Of a DNA stretch of 64,000 nt, positions 30,866 to 44,385 are shown piece after piece. The first letter of the stretch is position 1; every line of letters begins with the position of its first letter. This stretch comes from Trichosphaerium sp. ATCC 40318 (lineage: Eukaryota > Protista > Tubulinea): assembly GCA_038496445.1 (NCBI GenBank), contig JALMLS010000479.1:124001-188000 (forward strand), given 5' to 3'. Position numbers and translations under genes: made by a program. The notes under the pieces were generated by a model. The model was given only the letters and a program-made list of their open reading frames with translations. It was not told the DNA's origin and made no database searches.

Positions 30866-33752
30866 TCATGTCCCTGGCCAATTGTGACTGAAGACTAAAT
30901 CTCGCATTTTCGACAATTCGCTTTCACGAACACCTTCATTAACGCCTTCGTCAACGCCTTCGCCACTATCACTCTCATCTGAAGGAGCCATTGAACTTGT
31001 ACTCGTTTCTAACCCCTCTGTCTTGTGAAGTATGCTGGTCAGAGCGAGGCTGAGATCGCCTGGCAAGAAGAGATCATCATCTATTGGCAGACTAGAATTC
31101 TCCTCTGAAGCTTCCAGAGCGCCTACTACTTCTTTGGCTGTCTTACCGTTTGCTCCTAGCATTGGCGGCGGTGGTGGCGCTGGTGCTTGCGTTGGTGAGA
31201 TGTCCTCATCCTGAATGTCGTCGTCAAGAACTAAGCCTTCTGGGTTTCTGATAGCATAGCGTTTGCGTTTTACAGAGTCACGCATCCTGTGCTTGTACGC
31301 AGGTGGTGGCATGGGAATGGGCAATTTGTTCTTTACGGATGGCGGAGGGGATGGCGGAGGGGGTGGCGTAGGAATAGGCACTAGCTCTGGGGCGATTGGT
31401 GTCTTTTTCTGTTGAACTGGTGGAATCGGAGCTGGTGCAATAAAGGTGTCTTTTCTTGGTTTAATATACAACACTAGAAAACAAGCGACATTAATGGGTG
31501 CTTGCTAAATCGTTCAAATTTGAGTGGCGCCATCGTACCATAACGTGGAAGCATTTGAAATTCATGATTAATATACAATTCAGAATACGTCTGGGAACCA
31601 ACGCTATCGTCTTCAATGATGGGTGGCACCGTTATGGGCACCCCTAGAGAATCGACTGAAAAAAGTGAGAAATAACGAGATAATGAGATGCGTCTATTTT
31701 AAATTCACGCTGCACGTGCCTACACTAAACTGCGAATTGTACGGCTTTTTAATCCTGCTTGCCTTAGCCTTTGACCCAACATACGGGAAGACAGTGCCTG
31801 GTGCGATGTAGTTTATACTAATAACTCTCTCCCCATCGGCGTTTGGGATGCAGAATCTGTTGATTGCCTGGGTGGCATTGCTGAGAAGGTGCATACCTAG
31901 CAGTTGTTAGGAGGCCCGATAGGCATTAAAAAGAATATGTGGTAGTAATCGCTTGCTTGAGTGTTTTGAGAGCCTGTTTGGTTGTGTTTGTTGCCACACG
32001 ATATCTTCTTTGTTGCCAAAAACCATCGGAATAACGGGCATCTATGAGCCGCAGGTGAGAGAGGGAGACTTGACTTTTGGTTACCTTGCGATGTACGTTC
32101 CAATCGTATGATCCTACCAGGTCCTCGTACTTTTCGTACACATACAACCGCAAATTGTAGTCCTTAGCAGTCTGTTTGGCGCGCCATCCACTCTTTTTTT
32201 TAGATTTTCCTTGCTTCTCACGCGCAATCAAGTCGTTTCGCAACTATGAACAACATTAACACGCCATATTTTGGAAGTAGTTAGTTCGTAGTGTACCAGG
32301 TTGAGATTGCTCTCAAAGTTAGTCAGCATCGCGTGATTCTGAACTGCGAATATCTTTCATAGGTTAGCACATGTGTACATGCACGTATGTTATTGCACCT
32401 TTGTGACCTGTACACCTTCACCTTCGAGGCTGGATTCGAATATTTCCATGACAGTCTCTAACCGAGAAAACAAGTTAAAATTGCGAGAAGGGTGCACAGC
32501 TCATTTCTACAAAATCTACTTTGTCTGTCGTACCTGCCAAAGGCTCCAAAAAATCAGGATCATCTTCCTGTGGACGTAAGTATGCGTCAAATGAATGTTT
32601 GAAAAGTTTTTTTTTTGTTGTGGATTGTAACTAGCGTGCCAGTGCATCAAAAATCTTCAACTTCTTGGTATCTCTGTTCTTTAGCGTCCTTTGTGCCTCA
32701 ACTGGTTCCCATTCATTCTCGTTTATAAAGTCCTGCGAAAAGGTCCAAGTACTAGTAAAAGCGCGTTAAAAGTGCAAAGTTGTTGCTGTTGTTCATGCCT
32801 GGAAAGATTTATTTGATTCACTTTTATGACAATACTCTTCAAGTTTAATCCCTCAAAACTCGTCAACAGCTTAAAGTTTGTGTTCGGATCATCTTGGTAT
32901 CTACGTGTTGTACAATTGGTAAAGTGTTTTTTTCAAAAAAAAAGGATCTGGGTGCCTTGCATTAAATCCAAAAAACAAAAACTCAAATAAAAATGTGGAT
33001 TGTAACAAAGTGTTTTGTGTAATAGGGAAGGAGGTGTACTTGAGTTGTATAGTCGCTTTCTTTAATCCAAATTTGTTCGCGATGTGTTTTTTGGCTCTTT
33101 GCGCTGATGTAATTGGCAGTGCAACGTATGTCTTTATGCCTTCAGGGTACTCTGTAACAAAAGCGGCATTTCAACTTTTGTTTACAAAAAAACTACTAAA
33201 ATCACGTGATGTTTTATGTTCCACACTTACCGACGAGTATTGAGGCTATGTCGCTATCGCGGTCGCTAGGGTCGTAAGACTGGACTCGCGGTTTTCTAGA
33301 GTCTCCAATTTTTTTTCTCGGCTATGTAACAAAAGGAAGGTTTAGCAACGACCGGATCCTTCAAGGTTACGGTACCAAAGCAGACGCGGAAATGCGTTTC
33401 TTCCACGATTTAAACATTGAACGTTTAGCATCTGATTGGGACCGCTGATGGGATGATCCGTTCGATTCTTGTGTTTGTTGCGCTATGTTGACTAGTATGG
33501 CGGTAAATTCATCACACAAGCATACGGCTTCACTTATCCACGCAGAAAACCGCATGCACAGTTATGAAAAAAAAGAAAGGATGAACGAATCAACTTTTTC
33601 GTAATTGTCACGAGATGCGTACCGTGCTTCGTTTCAGGCGAAATATCATGCTTCATCATCTTTGAAGAAGAGTTCCAACGATTAAGACGCTTTTTTTGTT
33701 TGCCTGCATCCACATGCGACACAAATCTTCTGTGCGTCTTGGGCTCGGACAT
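30866..33752 (-). CDS. hypothetical multi-exon protein with proline-rich C-terminus (possible RA/ubiquitin-like folds)
   Basis: Long terminal ORF with poly-Pro runs; many upstream exons with canonical or GC donors; domain identity not certain. Confidence 0.55.
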
Positions 33753-34456
33753 TTAACTCGGAGCACGTGTTACGTCTCGAAGTAAAGGGGTTGTTTTTTG
33801 GGTTATTTGTGGACACTCTTCGCGAACTTAACAAACTACAGAATGTGAACACGCTGTTAAACGCGCTGGCTTACATTGGGTAGTAGCCCTACAAGGCACT
33901 TAGACCACGCGCTGGTTTTCTCTAATTTTAAGTGGTTCGCTACAAATAAAGACAGTACGCGCAGTGTTCCTCAGTTTGCGTATGAGATTTTTTTAGTAGT
34001 ATCTAAACAAGCAACGTAGCGAGAGCACACAAGTTGAATTTTTGGGTCGCTATTATTTCCGGTTGGCTTGGTACTTGCAAAAGGCTAACTAGACCGCTAC
34101 TTACGCCGGGAGGGGCAATGGTGTATAAGGCCTATATCCACAAGCATTGACCATAAAAAGCGTGCATCATGTTGGCGGCTCCGCTTTGAAGCGTAACCAT
34201 ATGCTTCAACTTGTGATGTAGCAATATGGTTTGTGTCCTGCTTGGATTTGCAGTTACGTTAACTTTTAGAAGCTACGTTTCATTGAACGATATCTCTCGT
34301 GTCTATTGCACGTGTGTTGGCACGGCAGGTTAGTTGCGTTTACTCGCAGTATTAAAATAAATTGACATCTTTCGAATACCACCACAGTGTACTATTTAAA
34401 AAAGTGTCTATTGTACAACGAACCGTCCACTACATATCAGTTGCTATTATTATAAT

Positions 34457-35295
34457 CTAGTCCGTGTCAGAAGCTTCCGATGACTCGTCTGATAGGCCTT
34501 CCACTTCTGGGAGTTCTAGTTCTTCTAGCGCTACGCGGCATGTCAGCTGTCATTGAGCTGTGACGAGTAAATCTTACCTAGCCTTAATCCCTCTGGTAAA
34601 ACGCCAGTGCCCTCCTGTAACACCACGCCAACATCTTTTCAAAGTTAACGGCTATCACGCTATAAATCGTTTACGCACCGACTTCACGAACTAAATCGAT
34701 TGGACGTTTACCATGTCTGTTTCGTATAGTGGCGTCTGTCCCGGCTTCAACCAGTACTCTACAAACTTCAACGTGGCTACGCCATACTGCCTGTCGGCCA
34801 AAAAGTTAGTCAATTCCATTGATCGCAGTTTGGTAATAACGCAGTTGTGATGGCGCTAGTGATTTTATATTTGGCTTCGCTTTACAAAAAAAATAAAAAT
34901 GTACCCGATGTAATGGCGTATCGCCTAGTAGGTTCTGCGCGTTAACGTCAGATCCTTTCTCTACTAAAAATTTGACAGCTGGCAAATGACCAGCACCAGC
35001 AGCCCAATGGAGCGGTATGTTCTTGCACGCATCATTTTCGTTTATGTCATGCGTTTCTAGTTGCTCTTTTCGAAAGTGGTTAACACCCAATCGAAAAACC
35101 TTACAATGGCGTCTGAAGCCTCGAAAACGCACCCTCTAACCTTCTAATATTCCCTTTAGCTCCTGCGTCGTGTATTGGTGAGATCAGGTCACATTTCAGC
35201 AAAGTGGCTCGTTTAAACCAGTTCTCCTCCAGCTTCTGCAGAGCACCTTGTAAACCGTCGTTTTCTTCGTTAATGTCATCTGCAAAGTTCTCCAT
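34457..35295 (-). CDS. small ankyrin-repeat protein
   Basis: SPIHDAGAKGN, IPLHWAAGAGHLPAVKFLVEKGSDVNAQNLLGDTPLHR|AVWRSH. Confidence 0.9.
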
Positions 35296-35437
35296 TGTGC
35301 TACAAGAGTGTAAAAAAAGAGTGTATTTTTTGAGAGGTAGAATTCTCACCTATTTTACCTGTACATTGACCGACATGGTTTTCAAATTATAATAATTGCA
35401 ACGTAGTTACGACCACCCTCAACCCGTGACATTTTAA

Positions 35438-37055
35438 ATGGAAAAGGACGTTGAAAACGGTCAAGCAACTGTTTCATGGGCTGGAAATTTTGATCTGTCC
35501 TCTTGGTCCAACCCGCTGGCTGACATTGGCCCTGGCTCAAAGATTTTAGCGTGTTTGATGGTTACACTGTACTTACTCGGGCAAATATCCCCAATGTTCA
35601 TTGACATATTCGCGCTTGTGCCTGGCTAGTACGTTACTACTCGTGTGGTATTAATTTTGAACACTATTTGTACATAACTGCCACAGCCGTCGCAAACCTC
35701 TCTTTAATGCTTGATAGCACTTTCCCACCTCATATGTATATGTGGAACGTATTGACGTGCAGTTTCTTCAACGTGTCATTGTTAAAAGTGCGTCAAAATG
35801 CAAAACACGCCCTCTAATAGTAGTATTAAATAGGTTCTGTTGTCTGTCGCTATTGTTGTATTTGCAGGCAAATTTTTAGAGGCGTTGTGGGGCACAACAG
35901 AGTTTATCAAATTTGTAGTCCTCACCACCACAATTGCGTCGTTGTGCATGGTCTTTGCCTTTTTTATAGGCTATTATGCTACCTCAAATGAGGACTTTTT
36001 GTGAGTGCTACATCCAAATCGAGAAAAGGCTTTGAGAAAATGCAATAATTAGCATGTTTTTTTTTATGCAAAAACTTTGTATGTCAAGCAATCGCAACTG
36101 ATACTTTACACTAGGTTCCCTCCCATCATAACTGGCACCAAGATATTGAACACCGAAAAGCAAATGGTTACAGGACGTTTTGGTATGTAGCTAGCAGCAC
36201 AGAGTTGAATCAGTCACGCATTTTATATTTTTTTTACCATTTGTACAAAAATGGTGATTGTCAATGGGCAACATTTTATTATACTGTGTATAACTTATTT
36301 CTGTTTCTAAAGGATACATGGGATTTCATGGCGGATATGGCGCAATGACTGTGGCATTGAAGCAGTTGGCGGCAGATGTAGTGCCAATAAGCGCTCTTCC
36401 ATTTTTACGTGGTCAAGTACGTCTGCATCACTCAAAACAACCTTTAGCGTACGACGTCCGTTCTGATAGACTCATGTACCGTTCTAGCATTTACCTCTAT
36501 ACGTGTTGTGTTTGGAGGTGTTGTGCGGCGTGTTTGGCATTGTACAATTTTTTCAAGTGGTGGAGGTCTTCGCAGCAATGGCCACTGCTTGGGTCTACCT
36601 ACGCTGGTTTCAACAACGTCAAGGCGTTGTAGGCGATGCATCTGATGGATTCTCATTCGCTAATTTCTTTCCAATGCCGATGCAGTACGTGTCGCTCAAT
36701 AGAGTGTCAACACCTTTTTTGTAATTCAACACGTTGACATATATATTTTAGACCGGCAATGGGACGCTTGGCAGGATTGTGTGGTCTGTTGTGTTGTTGT
36801 AGCTCCCCAAAACCTTCTTCAAAAGCTACCAGCGGTAACGCATCGTTTTTGAATCAGTTGCCTGTGTTGTCTTCGAATCCACAAGAAGCGGAAAAGAGGA
36901 GGTACGCTCACCATTAGTATAGGCCTATATTCGTTAATGTCGGTTCGTGCTGACACTGTTCAAGGCAAATAGCACTCGAAGCATTAGAAGAGCGGCTGAA
37001 ACAGATGGACAAGCTACCTACGGCATCAAAACCCAAGGGTACAGAGAACGTGTAA
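35438..37055 (+). CDS. TMEM115: TMEM115-like (DUF1751, rhomboid-fold) membrane protein
   Basis: MYMWNVLTCSF, GKFLEALWGTTEFIKF, GFHGGYGAMTVALKQL, WVYLRWFQ..GDASDGFSFANFFP, EAEKRR|QIALEALEERL. Confidence 0.85.
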
Positions 37056-37681
37056 ATATATTGAATTGAATCAATTCATTCGTACAAATTTGTTGATTGA
37101 GATTGGGAAGAAACTGTCAAAAACTCCAAAAATTCAACTACTGCCTCGGTGCATTTTAGTAGCAAGTTTAGGGTTACATGCCATGCGCTATCAAAATGAT
37201 ACTGGTGAAAGGGGACAACATAGAACTGAAAGAGAAACGAGTACTTGAGACCATTTCAATATCAGCTAACTGTTGAACGCTATTATTTTTCCCTTTGCAA
37301 CTCAGCTTTTTTGAGGTCGCCATAAACTACACATTGCCAAGTTGTTCTAATACCCCCATTACAGCCCATCACAAAACAGTAATGAAGCTGGCTACAAATA
37401 CATTGCTAGCAAGCACTATCGCCATGGTTGATCATGTAGGACAAACATAACTGTGGCGCAGTGCGTTGTAGCAAAAAGGTGTAGACAGAAAGCTGTCACG
37501 TTTTGCAAAAGGGTTCTCGCAACACGAAACAATAATCCGTTAACACCACTTATTTGCTAGCCTATTGTATGGTAACAGCGGATCTCGGCCGCAATCAATA
37601 GCACAAAGTGGGCTAAGTTCGTCAACAAGAGTCAGGTCGATATTAAATATTGTAAAATCTTTTCACAGGCAGGTGATAACA

Positions 37682-38740
37682 ATGAGTGATTTGGATGTTT
37701 CGAAATTAACAGTGGTTCAACTGCGTGAGGAGCTCAAAAAACGAAAAAAGCCAACAAGCGGCTTAAAAAATGTCCTCCAAGAGCGCCTACGCACCGCAAT
37801 CGAGGAAGAGCTTATGATGGACGACGAAGAACTGAGTTTGGGAGAAGATGAACACAAGGTACGCTTAATTTTCATTTTTAAGCACTCACACGCGATCAAG
37901 GAGGATGAAAAACCGGTAGAAACACCTAAAGCAGAAAACGGCAAAGCAAAAGTTGAAAGTAAACAACCGACCGCTCTTACTCGCCTTGGCGTACCTTTCA
38001 GAGGTAGTGGTGCATCAAATGCTGCATCTGACGCCGAGAAAAAAAGGAAGAGGTGCGTGGATAGCTAACACTCCAAACATTCTTCAATAAAACGTGTGGC
38101 TTACCGTACGTTGTAGAGCTGAAAGATTTGGCTTACCTGCGGCTGCTCCAACAGCTGAGGACGAAAACGCCAAACGTGCAAAACGGTACGTTAACAGCAA
38201 TTGATTTTATTGTACAAAGATGCAAAGTTTTCAAGTGCTGCGTGTAAAATGCATTTCATTGTTTGACATGCGTTTTTTAAACAACAGGTTGAAGCGATTC
38301 AATCTCACTACACCAGAAGATGAAGATTCCAAGAGAAAGAAGAGAGCTGAGCGATTCGGCACACAAGGTCGTGCAGGAGCTAAGGTAAGGGTTTACGCAC
38401 GTGCTGTCGCATAAAATGACATTATTGATGACAGTAATGATGATGATTGTTAATGGTAATGTATGTTAATCCGACAAATGTAGGTTGCTGTAAAGGATGG
38501 CGCTGCACAAAAACGCTTGAAACGGTTTGGTCTTGCCCTAGGCAAAGAACCTGCAGCAAAACAATCACCAAAAACAGCAGTATCTGAAGAAGAACTCGCA
38601 AGAAGGAAAAAACGTGCAGAGAGGTACAAATCCCATCATTTTGATGATTCCAGGCTGACACGCTTTTGTTTAGGTTTAATCTTAACGACAAGGGTGAACC
38701 TATAGATCGCCGTGTCAAAGTACAATGGGGTGGCAAGTAG
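37682..38740 (+). CDS. SAP-domain ribonucleoprotein (Tho1/SARNP/MOS11-like)
   Basis: SAP domain SKLTVVQLREELKKRKKPTSGLKNVLQERL and repeated KKRAERFG motifs. Confidence 0.85.
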
Positions 38741-38934
38741 CTATAGTATTTACTGCGACCACACGCTGTTCGGCTCCCACAAGGTAACGGAGGTTGTACA
38801 TTATCAATAACAATTCTTGACACGGTATTTGGTACCTGTGTATAACATAAAAAAAAACACAAAAAAAAATTTCAAATTTCAGCCAAAGCATTAATTAAAG
38901 CAAGTCACGTGATATTTTAGTGATCTAAGTTTGC

Positions 38935-41584
38935 CTACAATTTGGCTAGTTTGTCTGTGTAAAAGAGGTTTGACCATTCTTTTGGCACATCTACCTCCAT
39001 CGACAAGACCATTTGTGCATATGTTTTTCCTTGTCTGTCAATGTTCAAAGAACCTAAAGATACAATTAATACAATACATATTAATAGAGGTTGCAAGGTG
39101 GCACATACGTAAACCACCACCGCCAAGGGCTTGGGTGCATTGGAAGTTAAAGGCATGTATGCCAGGTAGAGCATATCTAGACACGGTGCCTTGTATCAAG
39201 TGTGCCATGTACTGCTTTATCTTAGCTGCTGTCAAAGTGGATCCCAGCCATGAGTAAAACTTTGGGTGTCTGGCTCTGTTTCAAGGAATTGCGAGTAAGC
39301 AAACTGTATCCCACAACATGTTCCACCCGAGCGTACCTGATACCAATATTGGCGCTGTCTCCTTTGTCTCCGCTACGACCGTGACAGAGTAGTACGAGCG
39401 GAACGCGCACTGTAGGTCCTGAAAAATTGAATGTAGACAATTTTGGCAATTCCCTAGTTTCCTGTCAGATGTACGAACGTCTAGGGCATACAATGTTGGC
39501 GTACAAGGGTTCCTCCAACGATGGTAGAGTTGGTGCATGTTCTGTCAGAGTGATGGGTTTATGGTCGCCTATGATGATGCGAGAAGGTACCTGTTGTTGG
39601 CGGTTAAAGTGTCATATTAATTGTGGCAATGTGTGCTTACCTTGTTCTTGTCAACGAGAGCGGATAAAAATAATATATTTGGACCAGCACGTGGTCTGCC
39701 GCCACCAGCGCCTGTGATTCCTGGGGCCATGCTTGTTGCGGTTGGTGCGAGCTCCTTGCCTATAATGCGAAGTGCTCTTGGATCGGCGTGTACGACTACC
39801 AAGCGTAGGACAACTTCTCGAGCGTGGTGGAGTTTGGCATGTGGTCCATAAGCTTGTTGCAAACAACGATTAGTCACGTAACAATCAAAAGAGCTGTGTA
39901 CTGTGTTCAGAGCCAATCATCTCGATATTGTAATCGCTAAAATCGGCAAGTCCCGCAGCTTTAAGAAGCTTTCTACTTTTTGCAAGTACTGTCTTGCCGA
40001 CTGCATACGCCTTCTCTCTGGCTTCAATGCCACCAATGAGAAGTGATGCATCGAGTTTGTATCCATCAAAGAAACAAGCGGAGCACTTGTAGTATGGTGT
40101 TGGCGATGTGCCCCTCACACCTGTGACTGACACGCGTCCAGTACCTAAGCACTTGTGATTAGTGGCTGTCGTAGGAGGCTCACTTGTCAACAGTTGACAA
40201 AGCGGCGTGATGGCGCTTGGGTATCTCTCTTACCTACTTGCTCGAGATGCACTTGTCTCATGTCTACAATCACGTCTGGCAAGATGTACGCGCCAGGGTC
40301 TCCAATTTCGTACAATATCTGTTCTGCAACGGACTTGACATTGACAATGCCACCCGTGCCTTTTGGTTTTGTTACTATGAAGGATCCGTCGGATTTGACC
40401 TCAGCGATTGGAAATCCAGGGTCTTCCCATCCTACGTAGATGATTGATATGCGCCTACAGGCATCAAATTAACTAGTTTGTACCTCCTCGGTAAGATTCA
40501 CGCCAATCTGTGTAGTTTCCACCGGTTGCTAGTTTGAGTAAGTCCACGTGACATTGACTACAAAAAACAAGGGAACATCAGAAATAAGGATTTTACCTTG
40601 ACAACCACATTCAATAATGTGACCTGCAAGACTGCCGCATGCCATCAAGTCATAATTGCTGGTGTTCCACCCGAACTCGTGGATGAGTGGTGCAAGTACA
40701 AGGGCGCTGTCAGTGCATCTGCCTAAAATAACAATGAGCAAGGAGGTTAACTGCTTTAATATAAAGATTGTGAATGTGACACGTGTCAATCGCATTGGGT
40801 AAAACGTACCTGTCACAACAATTTGTGCGCCTTGTTTCAGCGCTCTAACGATAGGTGCAGCACCAAAATATGCATTCAAGCTCATCATGAATTTATCCTC
40901 CGGGATCTCTTCTACAACGTCCTCTGGGTAGTTGTAAGATTTGGATTTGGGATTGATTGTTTTTAAGACCATTTTTTTTAACAATGTGTCTCATTTTGTT
41001 TAAAACCGGTGTTTTGCGTGCCGTTTTGGAATGGATGGAGGTGCCCTTGTTTCTTGAGTTGTTGCCAGCCATTGGCAATGTCGTCTCCGTCCACACTAGC
41101 GACTACAACGTTTATACCGGCTTCCTTGGCAATCTCCTCTATTGCTAATTTACAGCCGTGTGGATTCAACCCTATGCGTCGTTAGTGCGTGAGGTACGTG
41201 TTGGCCAAGATGGGACAAGCGCACATACCACCAGCATTTGTAACAATTTTAATATTGCGTTTAACGATTTGATGCATCAACGGCTTCCAAATACTCTTTA
41301 CAAACTCGGCTACATAACCACCTTCGCCCATACCTCCTTTAACTTGCTTTTTCGTCTACGTAGAGTAAATTCAGGCGGTGTAACGTGTTGGTCGTTGGCG
41401 TAGTGAAAAACTTTCTCACCTTGTTTTTGGAGCGTGCTAAAATACCCATGGTCACTTCAGATAGATAGTCTCCTACAATATAATCGATATCAGGCGTTTT
41501 ATTTACCAATTGTGCAGCGCCATGTAGGGAATCACCCCAGAAGCCAGACCAACACCCAATTTTTACTTGACGTTGCGCAGACAT
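38935..41584 (-). CDS. AtuA-like acyclic terpene utilisation protein (DUF1446)
   Basis: [79 protein letters not shown]. Confidence 0.92.
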
Positions 41585-41811
41585 TGGTAGTTGACGTTTT
41601 ACCGGCTGTACACAAATGTAAAATAATAAACCAACGCAGAAAATGTCAATTCATTTCTTTTGATGACCTGATAAATAAATGCACAGGCATTTAAAACTAA
41701 ACATCTTCACTTCTCACAACCTCAAAATAACAACAAGAATAGTAAACGGCTAACACGTTTTTATTGAATTCATTCACATGTTGCTTTGCTTGCGCTTGCT
41801 ACACTGACGAC

Positions 41812-42680
41812 TTAGTTGGACAAGTGAACGCCAGACTTCAAGTAGTAAATCTCGTCCTTCTTGTTGACGCCCCATACGTGTCCTTGGCATCCAATATCAA
41901 TCTGCTTAAGACCACCTGAGATTTTAGACCATGATCCTTTGCCAAGAGGTTTCCAGTAGATGTCGCTGTCCTTTTGAACACCGAAAAAGCCGTGGTTGGA
42001 AGCGGACATGTGGCTAAAGCTCTTGTCGAGTTTCTTCCAGGATGTACCGGTTGGTTTGTCCGCTGTCACACCCTCACGAATGTACAAATCATCGTTCTTG
42101 TTGGTACCAATGACGCTGTTGTTGTGCATTACAGTCAAGTTTTTGAGAAGACCGTCGATCTACAACCAGAGCGAGTTAGGTTTTTGGAATTTATCAAAAA
42201 ACTTCTGAAGCTTTTTCAACGTACCTTTTGCCACTTGCCTTGAAGGCCGTTGCGGTAGTAAATCTCGTCTTTGGCGTTACAACCCCAAACGCGACCGTCT
42301 GCTCCTACAGAGACGTATTTCAAACCGCCATCAACCTTTTGCCAGCCATGACCAAGTGGGTTCTCAGTCTGGAATACACGTGTCAAATCAAAATGTAAAG
42401 TTTTCGAGACTGTTTTGGTAAAAGCGAAATAAAACAAACGAAGGCGAAGGCGTACGCTAGCACCGTTGCGGAAGTAAATCTCGTCTTTGGCGTTACAGCC
42501 CCAAACGTGCCCATTAGCGCCGACGCTAACTTGCTTCAATAGACCATCGACTTTCGTCCATCCAGCAGCGTTTAGCTCAGGGCGGTGGTATATTTCGTCT
42601 TTTGTATTGACTCCCCAGGTGGTACCGTTAGGGCCAACAGAAATATGAACAAGGAGACCGTCTACTTTTTGCCAGGACAT
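41812..42680 (-). CDS. tectonin (beta-propeller lectin, ~6 repeats)
   Basis: Tandem W-KVDG-LK-VSVG--G-VWG-NAKDEIY-R repeats; 3 exons. Confidence 0.9.
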
Positions 42681-43245
42681 GTTGTTGCGTTTGTTGTGGA
42701 TGAAAGTGTTTGAACCGTTTTTTTTTGGTTTACACAACTTTTGTGCGTCGGTTAAAATGTGTAAAACGTCGTTCCACTGTGCTCTGGTATCGTCACAGAG
42801 AATTCAGCATGGATTGATAGTGACAAGTCAAAATAAAGACTAAAGACCGAACTTGATATGGAGCTACCTTAGTTTGGCCTTTATTGGCCTACACGTGCTA
42901 GAAAAACGTTTGGAAAAAAATGTTGAACTTTTGTGCAGTTTCTCTGGAACGCGTCGCATTGTTTTTGGATTCAGCCACTTGCGTGTTAAATACGTTTTCT
43001 GCAATACCCAAACAAGTTTGGGTAATCGGGTTAAGTTTTGTGTTACACACTTTCCTTTTGTATTCGTTATGCATACCTGATTAATTTGAGTGCCCTGACA
43101 GGTTGTTATTATTGTTTTTTAAAACTGTGTCACAGGGTGCATTGTAACAAACCTCTTGTTGTAACATCAATAAACATATCCAAACAAAAACACTGGGCAA
43201 GGTGTCATAAATTAATGCCAATAAACATTTATTGAAATTGATTCA

Positions 43246-43348
43246 CAGTACTGTAATTGGGATTTTGACACATACAAAACATATACATGCCAGTACTTTT
43301 GGCACATACAAAACACATCCTTCACATGTACTTTTGATTTCACTACTG
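43246..43348. mobile_element. decayed ~100-bp miniature derivative of the element-C family
   Basis: Begins cagtactgtaattgggattttgac (element C right end reversed: cagtactggaatcgggattttgac) and ends gatttcactactg; CpGs eroded; TSD not intact. Confidence 0.5.
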
Positions 43349-43399
43349 TCATTTCAAGCAACAAAAATATAACAAAAAAAGTTTGTTAAATGGCCTCTC

Positions 43400-44215
43400 A
43401 CACTACAAGCAATGATAGATAAAAAGTGGAATGTCCCCAAGATTCTTAAATCAATTAGTTCTCTTAGAGGTATTAATAGGCCACATGACATTCTTTGGAG
43501 ATTTATGCTCAAACTGCTTCCTGTCTGACATACTGATAGCCAATATCCACTTCAGTGCCACTGTTTATTCTTTGAGTGGGATTATGCCAAAGCTATTGGA
43601 AATATGCTTATTAAATATGTTTCACCAGATCTGAAAGGATGGTTTGAAAACATTATCAAATATTCAAACAACAAAGAAAAAGCAATACATATCAGCTCTA
43701 TTATGCATTGTATATGGAAATGCAGGAATTCTTTCCTTTTTGATGAAGAGATTCCATCCACTCACAAAGTAGTGTTTTGGCACCAACAAAACATATTTGT
43801 TGCTTTTAATATAGATAATTCTTAATGTGAATCTATACCAAATGAAGAAAAGTTTACAAAAATAGAAAATTATTGGAAAGCCTCCAACTGGATTGCTGAT
43901 TTCAAAGATACATGGGAAGATTGGGGTGCAGGTTTGCCTCCACCGCCAGATCCCCCTCCTTTACCACCTATTTACCCCAAAAATACTTATATTAACAAAC
44001 TAATTAGTGCACTAACCCCACCACCCACATGTAGGTCAAGTAGGCAAAGACATAACTATTATTCAGATAATGAAAGCTCAGATGATTGGGATGAAGATCT
44101 CTATTTTGAACTATGAAAATCATCATGTAAAAAAAATGCACGTGGTTATTGTTGTCCACAGCACAATAAACCCACCTTTTTTGAAAAAAAACAAAAAAAA
44201 AAAAAAAACAAAAAA
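43400..44215 (+). mobile_element. decayed non-LTR retrotransposon 3' fragment (L1/Tx1-like ORF2 C-terminus), copy 1
   Basis: DILWRFMLKLLPV*..HCLFFEWDYAKAI..IMHCIWKCRNSFLFD resembles the zf-RVT/C-terminal region; in-frame stops; ends in a stem-loop, CCACCTTTTTT and an A-rich tail. Confidence 0.65.
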
Positions 44216-44385
44216 GTTTCTTTATTGTGAAGTTTTTTCATTTGTTCAATTAGGAGATATTTAGTGACAAATAACTTAAACCCACCTTTTTTAAAAAAAA
44301 AATAATATTACACATCAACACAACAAACTAACATCAAATGGAAAACCCTGGAAACTTACTTGCAAGATTACTGGATATCAAACAT

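Noticed and set aside
34097-34120. tacttacgccgg as a U1 snRNA 5' end
   Set aside because: Lacks ACUUACCUG, the U1-70K loop and an Sm site; equally the reverse complement of a splice donor.
38935-41584. AtuA-like gene as recent bacterial HGT or contamination
   Set aside because: Multiple spliceosomal introns and host-like composition; the family is known in eukaryotes.
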